A stretch of 64,000 bases of DNA from Lama glama (lineage: Eukaryota). Positions 50,551 to 63,599 of the stretch are shown here, piece after piece. The notes beneath the pieces are model-generated. The model saw only the letters and a program-made list of their open reading frames with translations, ran no database searches and was not told the origin of the DNA. The stretch covers positions 96,846,001 through 96,910,000 of the forward strand of contig CM052816.1 of the NCBI GenBank assembly GCA_028534125.1. Reading direction: 5' to 3'. The position numbers were made by a program, and so were the translations under genes. How positions within the stretch are numbered: position 1 is the first letter of the stretch; the number at the start of each line of letters is the position of its first letter.

Positions 50551-53500
50551 AATTAATATATTACTAAAAAGTGATAAAATCCTAGAGCACTTCATTTTAA
50601 ATGAATCCCTATACACTCGCTTTGGGAATTAGCCATGCAAAATCCTGTAAGTTTTTCTGACTTTTGTATTATTGAATTTCCGCTGCCATTATTATCTTCA
50701 AAAAACAGAGGTCAGTTGTAAATGTGAAATTAAGCTGTGTCTCTACTCTGTGGCCCATTTCCCAGGTGTGGAATCATTTTCCATGGCTTAAAGAGCTATT
50801 TCAACACCCCTACAATCGATGTCTCTACATTATCAAGACCTTTTAATGAACAAACAAGTGAATACATATAAGAAACATCTGTCTATCGTCTTCGTACGAT
50901 ATAGGAGCGTGAGAGATTCTTAAAACCAGTTTGTTGTGCTATGATTGACGTAAAAAGCTGTACACATTTACTGTATGCAATTCGATGAGTTTGGGGTTAT
51001 GTGTCCACTCCTGAAATTATCACCACCATCTAGGCCATAGACATATCCAATTGAAGGAGTATTTTAAATATTTTAACACATTTTTATGAATTTTTTGAAA
51101 GTTTATGAAATTTTTGAAATACAGGTTTATATTGTGATTTGTTAGTTATCTTAATTTAATAGATACAAATTTTAACCTAATACGGTGAAGTATAAAGCAG
51201 AAAGAGAGCTTCCCATAACATACTCTCTTCCTTTAGAAAACAAATCAGGCTGTTTTAGATTTTTTTTCTCACACACCAGAATTTTTTCCGTACATACAGT
51301 AGTTAATGTGCAATGGATTTGGTTGTGTCTATTTTATGCACCCACATAGATAATATTATTTTTATAAAAATAGATGAACTATAGTCATATACTTGCATTT
51401 TTATCTTTATATATAACCTATAATTCAAATTGTCTATAATTTGATTCCAAAACGTTTACTGAGGTACAGTTTCTAGTGGGCATATCACTGAGCATTAAAG
51501 GTACACACCCAGGTCCCAGGCGCCTTACTCTTTCTGGGGGGCAAGTGGAGCCAGAGACCCCTGTGAACCTCAGCTAGCTCCCTCTGTCAGCTTCATTTGA
51601 TGGCCAACTAGAGAGTGAGGGGCATTTGCAGAAGTCAGATGTGGGGGGAGGAGATGAAGAAGGCCCTGGTTCATGACTGAACTTAAGCCACAGTTCTGCA
51701 CTGGGTTATTAATTAAATGGTACTGTCATTCCCTATGGTCCCATGTATGCAGACTGCACGGTGCAGGCGGAGAGTGGAGAGTGGGGCCAGGCATTGTAAC
51801 AGCATCACATTCTGACAGCACTTGGCCCTCTTGTGTTTCTATCATCACCAAGAGCAGCCCAGAAAGGCACCTATGAGAGGTCTTCAAGTGGCCACCATCC
51901 TCTTAGAAAACCCCTTTCTCATGGGCACATTTTATATGTAAATACCTTGATCCCTTCAGGCAGCTACAGCAAAGACTGGGTTACCATTCTACCTCTGCAG
52001 GGTGATTTTACAAATCCTCGCTTTTATCCATTTAAAATCTGTTTTATTTACTATTTCACACCTTAACCTGCAGATCATTTTAATTTTCATCTTGTCAGTT
52101 TTGGAAAACAGCTCACTGTCGTCCTCGAGTGTAGACAGCAATATTCACAAAGTTTCGTTAAACCTTCCTGACAGTATTTTAAGCTGTGCATAAAAATAAA
52201 ATAGAATGTTTAGTAATATTACATAATTAAAAAAATAAAACCGTAACAAAGAATGTATGTACAGAAAAACATCTGCCTGCATCAAAGAGATTGAATTCTT
52301 TTTATTTTAATGAGAAAGAAAAAATTCAAGTCTATCATCATGGACAATTGCTAATCGGAATTCTTGCTTTTTACAAAAGAGAAGAAAAGACATATGGTTT
52401 ATACTCTTGATATTCTCAGGTAGAACAAAAACTGACGATGAGAAATAGAAAAAAAAGATTGGAAAAAGAAGTACTGAGAGGAAATTGAAGCATGTGGTAT
52501 TATCTTTTGATGGTCTAGTGCATTTCAGGTTTTCATTTGTAAGCATGTTGGACGGTGGGGACATGGCAAAGCTGAGCGCACAATTTACTTGCAACCATGC
52601 ATTACTTACTCCGCATCGACCACCAGAGATTTACGACCACATGAGATATTTCATAATGGGCACATCTGTCTGAAGCCTGAATGTCTTCCTGTATTGTCAC
52701 GCATCAGTGAATGGCGCCTTTGTCAGCAGTGGGTAGCTGCAGGTATGGCAATTAGAGTGAAATACGTGTCAGAGTCACTGATTAAAATGACGCCTCAGAC
52801 AGAACCACTCAGAGCTGGAATCGTAGGATAAGCCCACGGTCACCTCTGGGATTTCGCTCAGACCAGTCGGTGATTTGGATTTTCATTACATTGTTTTGAA
52901 CTCTTTGAGCTGGGGGATTTGTCATTTTATTTAGTGACCAGAAAATATGGTTACAGGGCCAGGAAATGATGTAGTAGATAGAAATTGTACACAACCTAGT
53001 GACAATCATTCTCATGTGGCAAGTCGAGGTCGTACTCCCCAACTTTCCCATTGAATCTCTAACCGTGAGGATCCAGAGGAGAATGCAGGGCTGACAGCTG
53101 TAGCTACACAGACAAATGTGTCACCTCGTCCAGGGAGGCCCCTCGCTCACCCACGAAAGACTGCAAGTGGAAAGGAGGCGTGTGCTCCCCTGCCTCCCGC
53201 TGGCGCCCGGAGCTCCTCTCTGCCTCAGTCAGACTCGCTTTCTCCAGGTGCTTCCTGAGCTGTCTCCCCCATGGACTGTTAATCCCAAGGGTGTGTGTGT
53301 GTTTGTGGAAGTGGGACCTGTGTCGAATTTTGTTTCTTCTCTGGGTTCAGCACCACGGACGACTAAACAAAAGGAACTTATTTAATATAAGGAATAAATA
53401 GATGAATCAATGAATGATAATTGAAGGAGTGAGTTTGTGGCGAAACTGCAAAACCTGATTTAAAAATGCTCTTTTTGAACGATGAATTTTCAAAACTCAA

Positions 53501-56500
53501 AGAAACAGCTGTCGTCTGGTGGAAGAGGAGAAGGGAAGTGTGTGTAGTGACCTACACCCCTGTCATCGTCCCAAGTAAATCACTAAAAGTTCCAGCCATC
53601 CTTGAACTTTCCTGCTTCCAGGAAAATCATCACTTCTCATCCCTCAGGTCAGATGACACAGCCTAGTGTTTGCTTCTATTGCTACTGTTAGGCACCGTCA
53701 TGATTCTTATTATTATATGTATATTAAATACTGAAACACACTCATCTCTCAAAGCAACAAAATTTGTTTTTGCTGTCATTTTTTAAAATTTATCATCATC
53801 CTGGATTGGTGCTTTTTATTTTTATAGATTTTTGAGATTTTAAAGATAATTTTAAAATATCCTTCCCACCCCTTCCCAGAGAATACGCACCCAGGGAACT
53901 AGTCCTTGACCTATACACTGTGAAATGTGGGATGCAGTAGGAAAAAATTATGAGTTAGACAACAAAACAGAAGTTTAATTAAAATCTCGGACCAGCACAA
54001 ACCTGGACAATTTAGCTTAGTGCTTCAGGTATTCCAGAGTCAGAATGAACTAAAAGTCACCAGACAGGAAGATTACTGAGGGTGGGGACGACCAGGAAAC
54101 TCCCCCTAGAGCTGGCCCACGGGCGGGCGTTGCATGGAATGTCACGGGAAGAGACTGACAAAGGGGAGTCATTCCAGGTAGGGGGGAAAGTGCCTTCATC
54201 CACGGGTCTAACACTTATTGGCCGAGCCCAGTCCTCAGCAGCGTGGGGGCAGGGAGCACTGGTCTCATGCTGCTTACGCCGGGGAGCGGGGCAGAGCAAA
54301 TTCAAGGAGGTGGGATGTACCAGGACCTTGGAATCAGTCCTATTCCAACTTGGCCGAGATTGTGCACAAACACTGTTGGCATAAAATTAGAGAGAAGTCC
54401 TAGTCAGAGTGTCTCCAGTATTTTCAATTATTCTCACAAACCTGAATAAATTAATCTAATTAACAAAGCGTTACATTGAGCCTTCAGGAGCCTCAAGTTC
54501 GTTAGGTAGATACATAGCTTTTCCATCCTCACAGGTGATAAGGTCACCAAATATTTCATAGATCGAGATGGTAAAATTTATAACTCTGACTGGTATGTGT
54601 TGATTTCCAGCAGCAGAGAACAAGGACAAAATTCCAAGCCAAGCAAAGCAACACATTTAGACCTTATGCTAGGACATGAAATAAGTCACAACCACCCATA
54701 TTCACACCTCTAACTATAAAATGTATGACGTTAATTTTGTCTTTTATCATAAATGTCATCAAACTGCATTCATTACTTTATTGTGCAACATTTTTACATT
54801 AAATATTTTGGAAAATCTTTCCATGGCAGTATGAAAATATGGGTTATCATGATTTATTTAGCATGTAATTTTATTTTATCTATTCATAATACATAGGTTA
54901 CTTATTCTACATTCATTTGTATTTTATAATTTTTCTTACAACTATTAAGTTTTATAAAAGTAAATTCTACTTACATGTCTTGTAATCACCTAATGATATA
55001 AGATAATTTGTTTACTTAAATTACTTTTTTTTATTCAAAATCATCTTTAAAAGCATTAAATTACTAGTGATTGACATTTGGTTAATGAGGTCATATGTGA
55101 ATTTATATATTAAATATATATGTTATTATGTAGTTATATAAACTATATAATATCCTAACACACAATTTTCTTAAAATTGCAAGCTTATACTATAATAAAT
55201 ATAACATAATATGTATAAACATTATATATTACATATGCATACTACTTATAATTATGAGTAAAATTTAAATTAGCCAGCAGTGTGACCATTACAAAGGGTT
55301 TTCTTATTTAGGAAAAATGTACCAGAAGCAGCGTTTCCTACGTGCATGATACTGTTTTGAATAAAGTCATATCAATTCCGTGAATATCAGTTCAGTTCCC
55401 ATGATTGATCTAAAAAGGGTCAAAGTAAATCTGCCTTTCCAAAATACTAATGTGGACCTAATTTCAGTCCATTGCTCTTGCTGAGATATTTCTGTTGAGC
55501 TTAATATATCGAGAGCAGGAAATCATTTTCACATTTAGGTCATTCACATAATTAATTAAATCTGAATTCAGATGCATTTTAGAGAAGTACCCTAGAGATA
55601 CTAAAAATGTCAAGATGCAACATCGTTGCTCATAGCTCGCTACGTTCGAGCCAATAGAAAAGTAATACAATCAGAACAGTTCCTGCACTAGTAACTCCTT
55701 GCTGATGAATGAATACCGGCCGCTCTGGGCAAGGTTTAACGCAAGTCAGGTTCACGGAGACCTGTCTTATGACCAGCAAGCTTTCCTGGTGTCACCTCCT
55801 AAGTTTAAGCTTTCTATTTCTGGATTTATTCTATCGTTTAGTAAGAGCACAGTCAAAAAGATAAGAAAACTCTGATCATCACAGAGACATAAAAAGAGCT
55901 GAAAGACCAATGTATTTTTGATATAATGTCAGATTTTACTTTTACTTCTTTTCTATGAAAAAGAATGAATCCAAAACCCTTTCAAATAAAATTAGTAGAG
56001 TGTAGTATTTCAGCCTGAAGTCTCTGGAAGAGTCTAAGCAGCATTGCTTGGCTTTCAATCTGTTCATTTCCGCCTTTTGAATCCTTCCTACGTGAAGCAG
56101 AGGCTTGAGATGGTACAGACAAAAAAACGAAAACAAAAAAACTAAAGTAGAACATAAGCCTGATCTCTTAGGCCCCTTGAAAATCAATGGGCAGAAATAC
56201 TGCCTTTGTTCAAAGTAGATTATGGCTCTTATGAAGACTTAATTGCTAAGAATGTTTTCAGGGATTTGTTTTAATCTTGTGAGTATACTATAGGATTTTT
56301 AGTTTCCTTGACCCTAGGACAGGTGACCAGGTGGGGGACACGTGAGTTCGTCTTTGTCCAGGTGCACCTCCTGCAGTAGTGAGTGCTCTGTGGGTGGGAA
56401 AGGGAAGCATATGATGCTGATGGTCTGGGAGATTTTCAGTTCCTGAATCCTATCATCTTTTCTTCAAGGCACCTCAGAGAAGATCTGGAGAGTTGTGGTC

Positions 56501-59289
56501 CTCTGTCCCCTCGACAGAGGACAGATCTGGTAAGGGGACATGTGCTATAAACCAACCACCAAGCCCCAGTAACCGCCCCCTGGAAACTGGACTGGACCAC
56601 GGGCCCAGGTCAGGGCAGGTCCAGGGCAGGCTGAACGGAATTCTCCATCTTTCCCCTCTACACTGGCCTCCATAAGTTCTCTGCTGCTGCTTCGGAAAAA
56701 GTAATCCTTATCCCATGAGACTGAATCTCAAGGAAGAATCAGACCATGTCCACAGACCTGTGACCTCATGCAGAGTTCTGGCCTTGAAATCTGCCCCAGC
56801 CTTGGAGGAGGGAAAGGAGGGCAGAGGGAAAGTGAGAAGAGCCCGCGTGCCCTTTACCAGCAACTCATTAATCCACCAGCCTCTTGTGAAGTCAGTTACC
56901 ATCACCCTACAGTCTGGCCACCCCACAGGGAACTGAGGCTCAGGGTCTCTGAGCTTTGATTCCCCTGAAAATACCGTTTCTGACTTTATTCATTCAAGAC
57001 TTTGTGAATGGTGACATTGCATTTTATGTCACTGTAGGCTCAAGAAGGTCACATTCTTATTGGGAACAATCTTAAAAAGCAAATAAACAAATATGGAATG
57101 CAATAAAAATCAAGACAGGAAATGGAGCTCTAAATGCCACATTTCTTTACATTGTAAGACCATATTCCAATCAGCGTAGCAGCAGACACGTGCGCCTCCA
57201 TTGTGTGGAATCAAATTATCTGACTTACCTTTAGCAGGATAATCCTGACCTGGGGAACATTTATATATAAGCAACTGAGCGAATCAACCCCCAAGTAGAC
57301 ACAGACGGGAGCCAAGTTTGCAAAATCTCCTTTGCTTTTGACTTTGCTAGAAGAATGATGCTTAAAATGCCCTCTTAATTTGTAGTTTTATCCTAAGACA
57401 GAGTCACCTGGGGGTAAATAAATAAAATATGTAAGCAGAATAAAGCCGGAAATGCTTCTCACTGGTGACTTTCCCTTACTGCTGGGAACAAGAGTTTTCT
57501 AAGCCTAAACTGAGTTAATGTGGACTATTTAGCTAGAATACTCAGCTCCCCTTGGTAATATTACTCCCCCTGACTGCGCTGTGAGAGAAGGAGTGCACCA
57601 GGATGGGTGTGCCGACCCAGTAAACACACCACTGGCACACGATTGCTTGTCCTTGCTCCCGCGTTCTGTTCACTCACCCTGTTGCTCTGTCTTCTGAACA
57701 TTTTCCTGGGCTGATCTTGTTTTGTGTGCTACCGAACCTCACCTCGCGCAGAATGCAGTGTGTAATGGAGTGGATGGCATTAAAATTGTGGCTCATTAAA
57801 TTGTGATGAGATTTTTGAATCTATCATCCAGTTTTGGTCATTCCTCCTTCAGTTCCCTGTCCTCTGGCCCCATCAGGGTTCATGAGAAGCACCTTCGCTG
57901 TCACAGCAGCTCTTCCAGCTGCGCCTTCACAGCATCCTCGTCATCATCACTCCCCGACATTTGCCCAAACTTGAAAGTGGTGGGAGGTATTGGCACCATC
58001 ATAGGCTACTTTTTCTTACAGATACGGGCTCTGGCCCAATCACCAGCTACCAATCTTCCAGCAAAATAATTAAACTCAGTTGCCAAGAATACTGCTGGAC
58101 AGTTACTAAATTAAGGCAAACTGAGCTTAGTTTTAATTTTTCTTTCGGCATTGGCAGATAGTGTATGCAGATATAAGCCGTTTCTAAAAGCCAAGCAATT
58201 GTCATTGCCCAAAAGTTACCTGCTAATAGTTCAGCCATGCCATTAGAAGGCTTTCCTTAAATTATCCTTTCAGTTCTCACAACGTCCAGGAATCAGGAAC
58301 GTTTGCCCCACACCCTGGAGGGGAGACGGCGGTGCTTAGCCTGAGGCTCGGGGCTGCTGTGGCTGACGGTTGGTGGTATTTCTCAGTGGAAGTCACTGAA
58401 AAATTTCCGGATCTCTAAAATCTTACCCCTTCTATTTCTTCTTGTTCATTCCATATGTATTAAAATCAGTTTTTTTTCCATTTTCCAAAAGTAATAATAA
58501 AATAAAATCCTGTAAAAACCATACCATATTTTGGAAAATAGGAAAATCTGATTTTAGTATTATCTTTCATTATGATACCATAAAAGTATCTGTTAAAGAT
58601 CTTTTAAAATGTGTCCTCAAATTCTAAACTCCTTGTCTAATAAATTTCACTTTTGCATGTTTCTACATGTGTATGGATCTGCACATACTTAGCCATTATA
58701 ACAAAGTAAGCCAAAAATGTTACCTTCTTTTTTCAATAATTGTTAAACCATAGACTTTCTTCTCAATTCTTGCATTATCTTCCCAATTATGTGGTGTACA
58801 CTACCTCATGATTCATTAGGACTTAACCATTTCTTGTCTGTTGAATTGAAATTCTGGCTATAGACAGAAATTCTCCCTAGTCTGCGTCCACGTCTCCAGT
58901 CAGAACTGACACAGTTGATTATTTCCATATACATGTTACAGCCATCATCACTGTCACTTTAATCAATGTATCAAAATATGTCGGCATGTGAGTTATCTCT
59001 GAAATTCAGCTGATGGTATTTCTTGTATTGCTTGGAGCTAGTGGTCTTTGCTGCCTGTTTCCACTCCTCTCCCCTACAGTGGCCCCGAGCTTTTGTGATT
59101 GGGGAGGGGGGAAGGATCTGAGAAGATCCTTGTGACACAAAAGCAGTTGCTGCTCAGGCATCATCACTGCCTCATCAGGGAGCCGTGGCCGTCTGCAGTT
59201 CTGGGTGGATGGAGGGCTCTCTTCTACAATGCTTCTCTCAGATTGCTATTCAGCCATTATTAATCCAGGATGTTGGCATTCAGTATAGT

Positions 59290-59884
59290 TGTTACTTGAG
59301 AATAGGTTCTTGTCTCATTGCAGAAAGAATTCAGAGATGAGACACGGAGGTCAAGAAAGTAAAGTGAGGACATGTTAAGTGATAGGATGCTCTCACGGGA
59401 AAAGTGGGCAGACTCAGGTAAGTAGTGCGCTGAGTTTCTTTGGCAAGCTGGTTACACAGTGTGAAAAAAAATGAATAGGAGGAATATTCACTGAAGAGAG
59501 AGGGGTTTGGAGTCATATTTCCTGATTTTCATCCCAGCTCCACCTCCCTAAGGGGAGGAGGGATTTTTGTTTTAATTTACTCTTGATTGGAAGTGTCCTG
59601 GTGTTGGTGCATAATGGGTACTTCTAATCTGCAAGGCTAATTTTATCTTAATGAGGGCATAATGAGCAAAAGGTGACATTTAGATGCTGGAGAGGCCCAC
59701 CTTTTCCCACCTTTCTTTGTCTGCCTCTAGGATCCTTGTCACCCCCAAAACATCTGGTTTCTTGTCATTCTGGAGGTTCCCGCCTTTCTCCGTCTGCCCG
59801 TGGTCCACAAGATGTGTGGTTTCCTGCCATTTGGCCTGTGCCTTCCTATTTCTGCTTATATCTAGCTGTCTGCCTGCTCTAACA
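59290..59884 (-). mobile_element. ERV1 solo LTR, family B copy 2 (MER66-like)
   Basis: Reverse-complement match to 45369-46007 (tcttgattggaagtgtcctgg, gggtacttctaatctgcaaggctaattt, tctgcctgctctaaca). TSD tagt/tggt. Confidence 0.9.
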
Positions 59885-61003
59885 TGGTGAGAACACTTTA
59901 GTTATCACAGTCTAATGAAGAATGCTATACTGCCACTTTAATAATTATGCCATACATTATAGAGGCAAAATCCTGGTGGGGCAATGTTTTTAATAACTAG
60001 TTGCTATAATTCCAAAATTATGCCATTATCCCTTGGAAATGAGTGCCAGAAATTGCTAGGCTTCCTGCAGCGCTGAACACGTGGCATCCCACTGATATGC
60101 TCACATGGATTGCTTGGACTAGAAGTTCCTACAACTGAACTTAGAGATGCACCATTACTTGGGGACAATGCAGTTGGCTGGGGGTGTTTTTGCTTAGCTC
60201 TTTTCTCTGATGGGTTTTCACGTGCAATCATATTTTGAAAATGCAATAATTTAATTGCATTCATGAATGCAGTTTATCAAACTTTATCAGACTTTATGGA
60301 GCAACCTCATACAGTGCTTTTGCATTTAATTTCCCAGACTGGCAATACAGCTTCAAAGCGGTCGTCAGAGTGAAAGAAACCTTTCAACTTCTTACAGACA
60401 AGGAAGACAGATAGCAAGATCTCAAAATGGAAGTTCACAGCAAAACAGAAAAGAAGCCTGGAAACTGTACCCCTGGAAAAAGGTTCCACCGCAGCATCCA
60501 CGCCCAGGACACGCTAGCCAGCAGGCAGAGGTCGTCAGTCCGCATGCGTGTTCTCCAAAATGAACACGTTGCAGTGCTCCTCGGTCCTCTCCTGCGCGCA
60601 AAGTGCTTCACTTGCAAGATCCTTTAACATTGCTGCTGGCAATCCTCAACTTTCTCCTGTTGCAACCCCATTTCCAGGGCACTCGCCACCTCCTTTTGGT
60701 CTCATCTGTATCAGCCCAGTCCTCTTCTCACGGCTGTGGTCCTGCTGGGTCCAGATGCTGCAAAGCTGAGATCTGAAAATGTGCATTCTTTACCCCGGGT
60801 TCTTTGTTTCCGCAAGGCTTTTACTCATTTTTATTTATTTATTCCAATGAATAAATGGAGGCAGCGTTTCCCTCTCTCTGTCTGAATATATTTTCCATGC
60901 TTCTCTTCTTCGTATGTGCTCTTCTTAAAACTTTCTTTTCAGTTTCTACATTTTCATTTGTTGTGCTGTTTTCTGTTGTTGCTGCTGTTGTTTTAATGTG
61001 GGT

Positions 61004-61535
61004 TGTTGAGGAGGAAATTTTTCTCCTCTACCCTTCTAGGTTCTTTTGGCTGGCCTAATAATTGACATAAGACAGATTAACAGAAGAAAAACTAATTTCG
61101 TTATTTATGCAAGGGAGTCCCATAAGACTATGAGACCCAGAGGCAGGCAGGCAATGGAGGCTTATCTGCTGTTCTGAGCCAAAAAGAAGGGAGCGGTGCT
61201 CTGGGACTACAAAGGAGAGGAAGACAATTTGCAGGACAATGGGAAGAGCAAATACTTGGTAAACAGGTGTTTGTGCTTCCACACAGAGACAAACTTGGCC
61301 CTGCCAAGCTCCCCTGGCTCAACACTTCTCACCCTGTACTTTGTAGTTATCTTTATAGTCACCTTTAGTGATGGCTCTCTTCCTGGACCAGGTCCTCTGT
61401 CTACATTCTTTCAGGCAGTTAAGAGGCAGATAAAAAGCTCTTTCTGAGTCTTTCAGGCCTTGATTGTCTCCAGCTCAAAATAACTCCGATGTCAAAGTGG
61501 TGCATTTCGGGGGAGGCTCATTCTGAACCCCTTCA
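61004..61535 (-). mobile_element. MER34-like ERV1 solo LTR
   Basis: tgttgaggaggaaattttt...tctgaaccccttca termini with a perfect TSD gggt (61000-61003 and 61536-61539). Related to 33096-33647. Confidence 0.9.
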
Positions 61536-61569
61536 GGGTGAGCCCGCCTGTCTTCTTACTTCAGGCTTC

Positions 61570-62640
61570 TGGTCGATAATTAGAAAGACCTTCCCTATTT
61601 CAAAATTATTCTTTAACCATATCACATCTGTGGTTTTAATTTTTCAAGTGATTTTTGATACGACTGGAATTTGTTTCAGTATAAGTGGTGAGGTAGAGAA
61701 ACAGTTTTCATTTCCAGATAGCTAGGAAGTTGTTTTGATCACATTATTTAATAATCCATATTTTCCCACTGGTTTGAAAGGCAAACTGCATTTTTTTAAA
61801 CCAAATATATGTGAGTTTTAGTTTATTTCTAGGTTTTGAATTATGTTTTATTGGTTGTTCCACTCTCTTCAAGCACTGGTGTCACTCTGTTCTAATGAGT
61901 GTTGCTTCCTATTACTTTTTTTATTAAGATATAATTAGCATATAATATTGTGTAAGTTTAAGACATGCAAAGGTTGATTCAATACATTTATATGTTGCAA
62001 TATAATTACCACTGCAGCATTAATTAACGCTTCTATCATATCACATTTATCATTTATCTTTTGTGGGTAGAACATTTAAGGTCTAGTTTCTTAGCAACTT
62101 GGAAAAATATAAAACAGTATCATTGACACTTTCTTCACTGTTACATTTTTAATTTCTGGTAGAATTAGTTCAATTTTATTACTCCTCGATTTTGGAAGTG
62201 GCCTGCATATTCTTGAACACTTGTTTTCCCAAAGAACCTTAGATTTAGCTTATGTATGTGCGAAAGAAATTTGCTTATACATTTATTGCTGTTCACTGAA
62301 TACTGTGTATAGGCTAATTTATGAAAATTGGCTTCTTGACAATAATGCTTTTCTTTTTCAGTCCAGGAGTAGAATAGACATTTCCATTTGTATTCTGTTG
62401 CATCTCTCAGTAGCATTTAAAGAGTCATTTCTCTACATTGTGTATATGCTTTTTAAGTTTATATTGAGCTATTTCGTGTTCTTGTATTAGTCTAATAAAT
62501 GGGATGTTTCATTCCAATACATTTACTAAATGCTGTTTATGTTTAGTTAAGCTATTGATTTTTACATTAATTTTGTACTCAGCAACTTAATGAATTCTGT
62601 CATTGATTTCAAAAATATTTGTATCTGATTCTTTTATTGA
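61570..62640 (-). mobile_element. Old L1 fragments with a nested L1MA-like 3' end at about 61916-62128
   Basis: Antisense L1 phrases (tttattaataatccatattttcccactg, gctattgatttttacattaattttgtac). The nested piece starts with poly-T then attaagatataattagcatataatattgtgtaagtttaag. Confidence 0.7.
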
Positions 62641-63099
62641 CTCTCCACACAGTGCTGACTCCCCTAATACTCAAACCTGAAAATCATCGTTTATTAGGGG
62701 TGTTCCTTAATATGCATGCAACACACGCAACAAAATTTTCTGTTTGTTTTCTGTAAACCAATATGTATAGATATATTGGTTTGTGGAGCTATCTCTGCTT
62801 TTCTGGTATGTAAAATAGAAAGTGGAAATCTGAGAGAAACCCATGGACAAGACCATGATCTTCTCCTCTTGTTCTTACCTACCTCAAGGGAGACTAAGAC
62901 TGAAACAGATAATTCCCTTAAATTCGTTTTGTCTGTTATAGAGAGTGATAGGATAGCACTTTACCTCATCAATATTCAGAAATGAAAAGAGATAGTAAAC
63001 TAAGAAAGGTAAGTACGTAGGGCCACGTGTGTTTCAAGAACGACACCTTGTCTAAGGAGTAAAGTCGTGCAGCGTGAGCCCTGACAGCTGGCTTTTCCT

Positions 63100-63599
63100 C
63101 TTGTCATGTGAGTGCCTGATCTAAGCTTTGATCGCAGGGGCCTCTGCTTTAAAGAGGCGTCTCCTTCCAGGAAGGCTGTCTGGAATAAGCACATTGTCAG
63201 CCTGGGCTAGAAAAAGAGCCAGGCCACCTTCTCCATGGGGGCTCCTTTGTCCTAGAGATGCTGGTTAATTAGGACACCTGGCAGTTGGGGATGCTTGGCT
63301 TTCCTTTCTTTTTCTCTCTTCCCACACTTTAAATTCCTGCTCTTATATTTTAAATTCACCAATAAAGAGTAGCCCAGGAAACCCTAAGCCCTCGCTCTGG
63401 ACCTCAGTATAAAAGCAGAGTCCCCAGCCCATGAGCACTCCCGCCCCCACCGCCACCTGCAGCCTCACCGTGCGACCCTAGGTGTGCTGTGTGATTTCTA
63501 GGTCTCGTCAGTAATCAACCTCCATTTCCCCTGTTTCTTTCTGCTGAAGGGCATCTTGCCATCATAATAAGAAACACAAGGGCTGGTGCCACCGCAACA
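63100..63599 (+). mobile_element. ERVL-type LTR (MER74/MER89-like; family uncertain)
   Basis: CCAAT at 63359-63363, TATAAAA at 63408-63414, degenerate polyA signal, 3' end accgcaaca. The 5' boundary is approximate. Confidence 0.6.

Noticed and set aside
57797..58200. Minus-strand frame reading ...SGSDDDEDAVKAQLEELL*QRR...RELKEE*PKLDDRFKNL, suggestive of a pseudogene, transposase or endogenous viral element
   Set aside because: Multiple stops, no parent protein I can recognise, no polyA/TSD, and part of it (ttttcttacagat) looks MIR-like. A blastx/tblastx hit would be needed to revive it.
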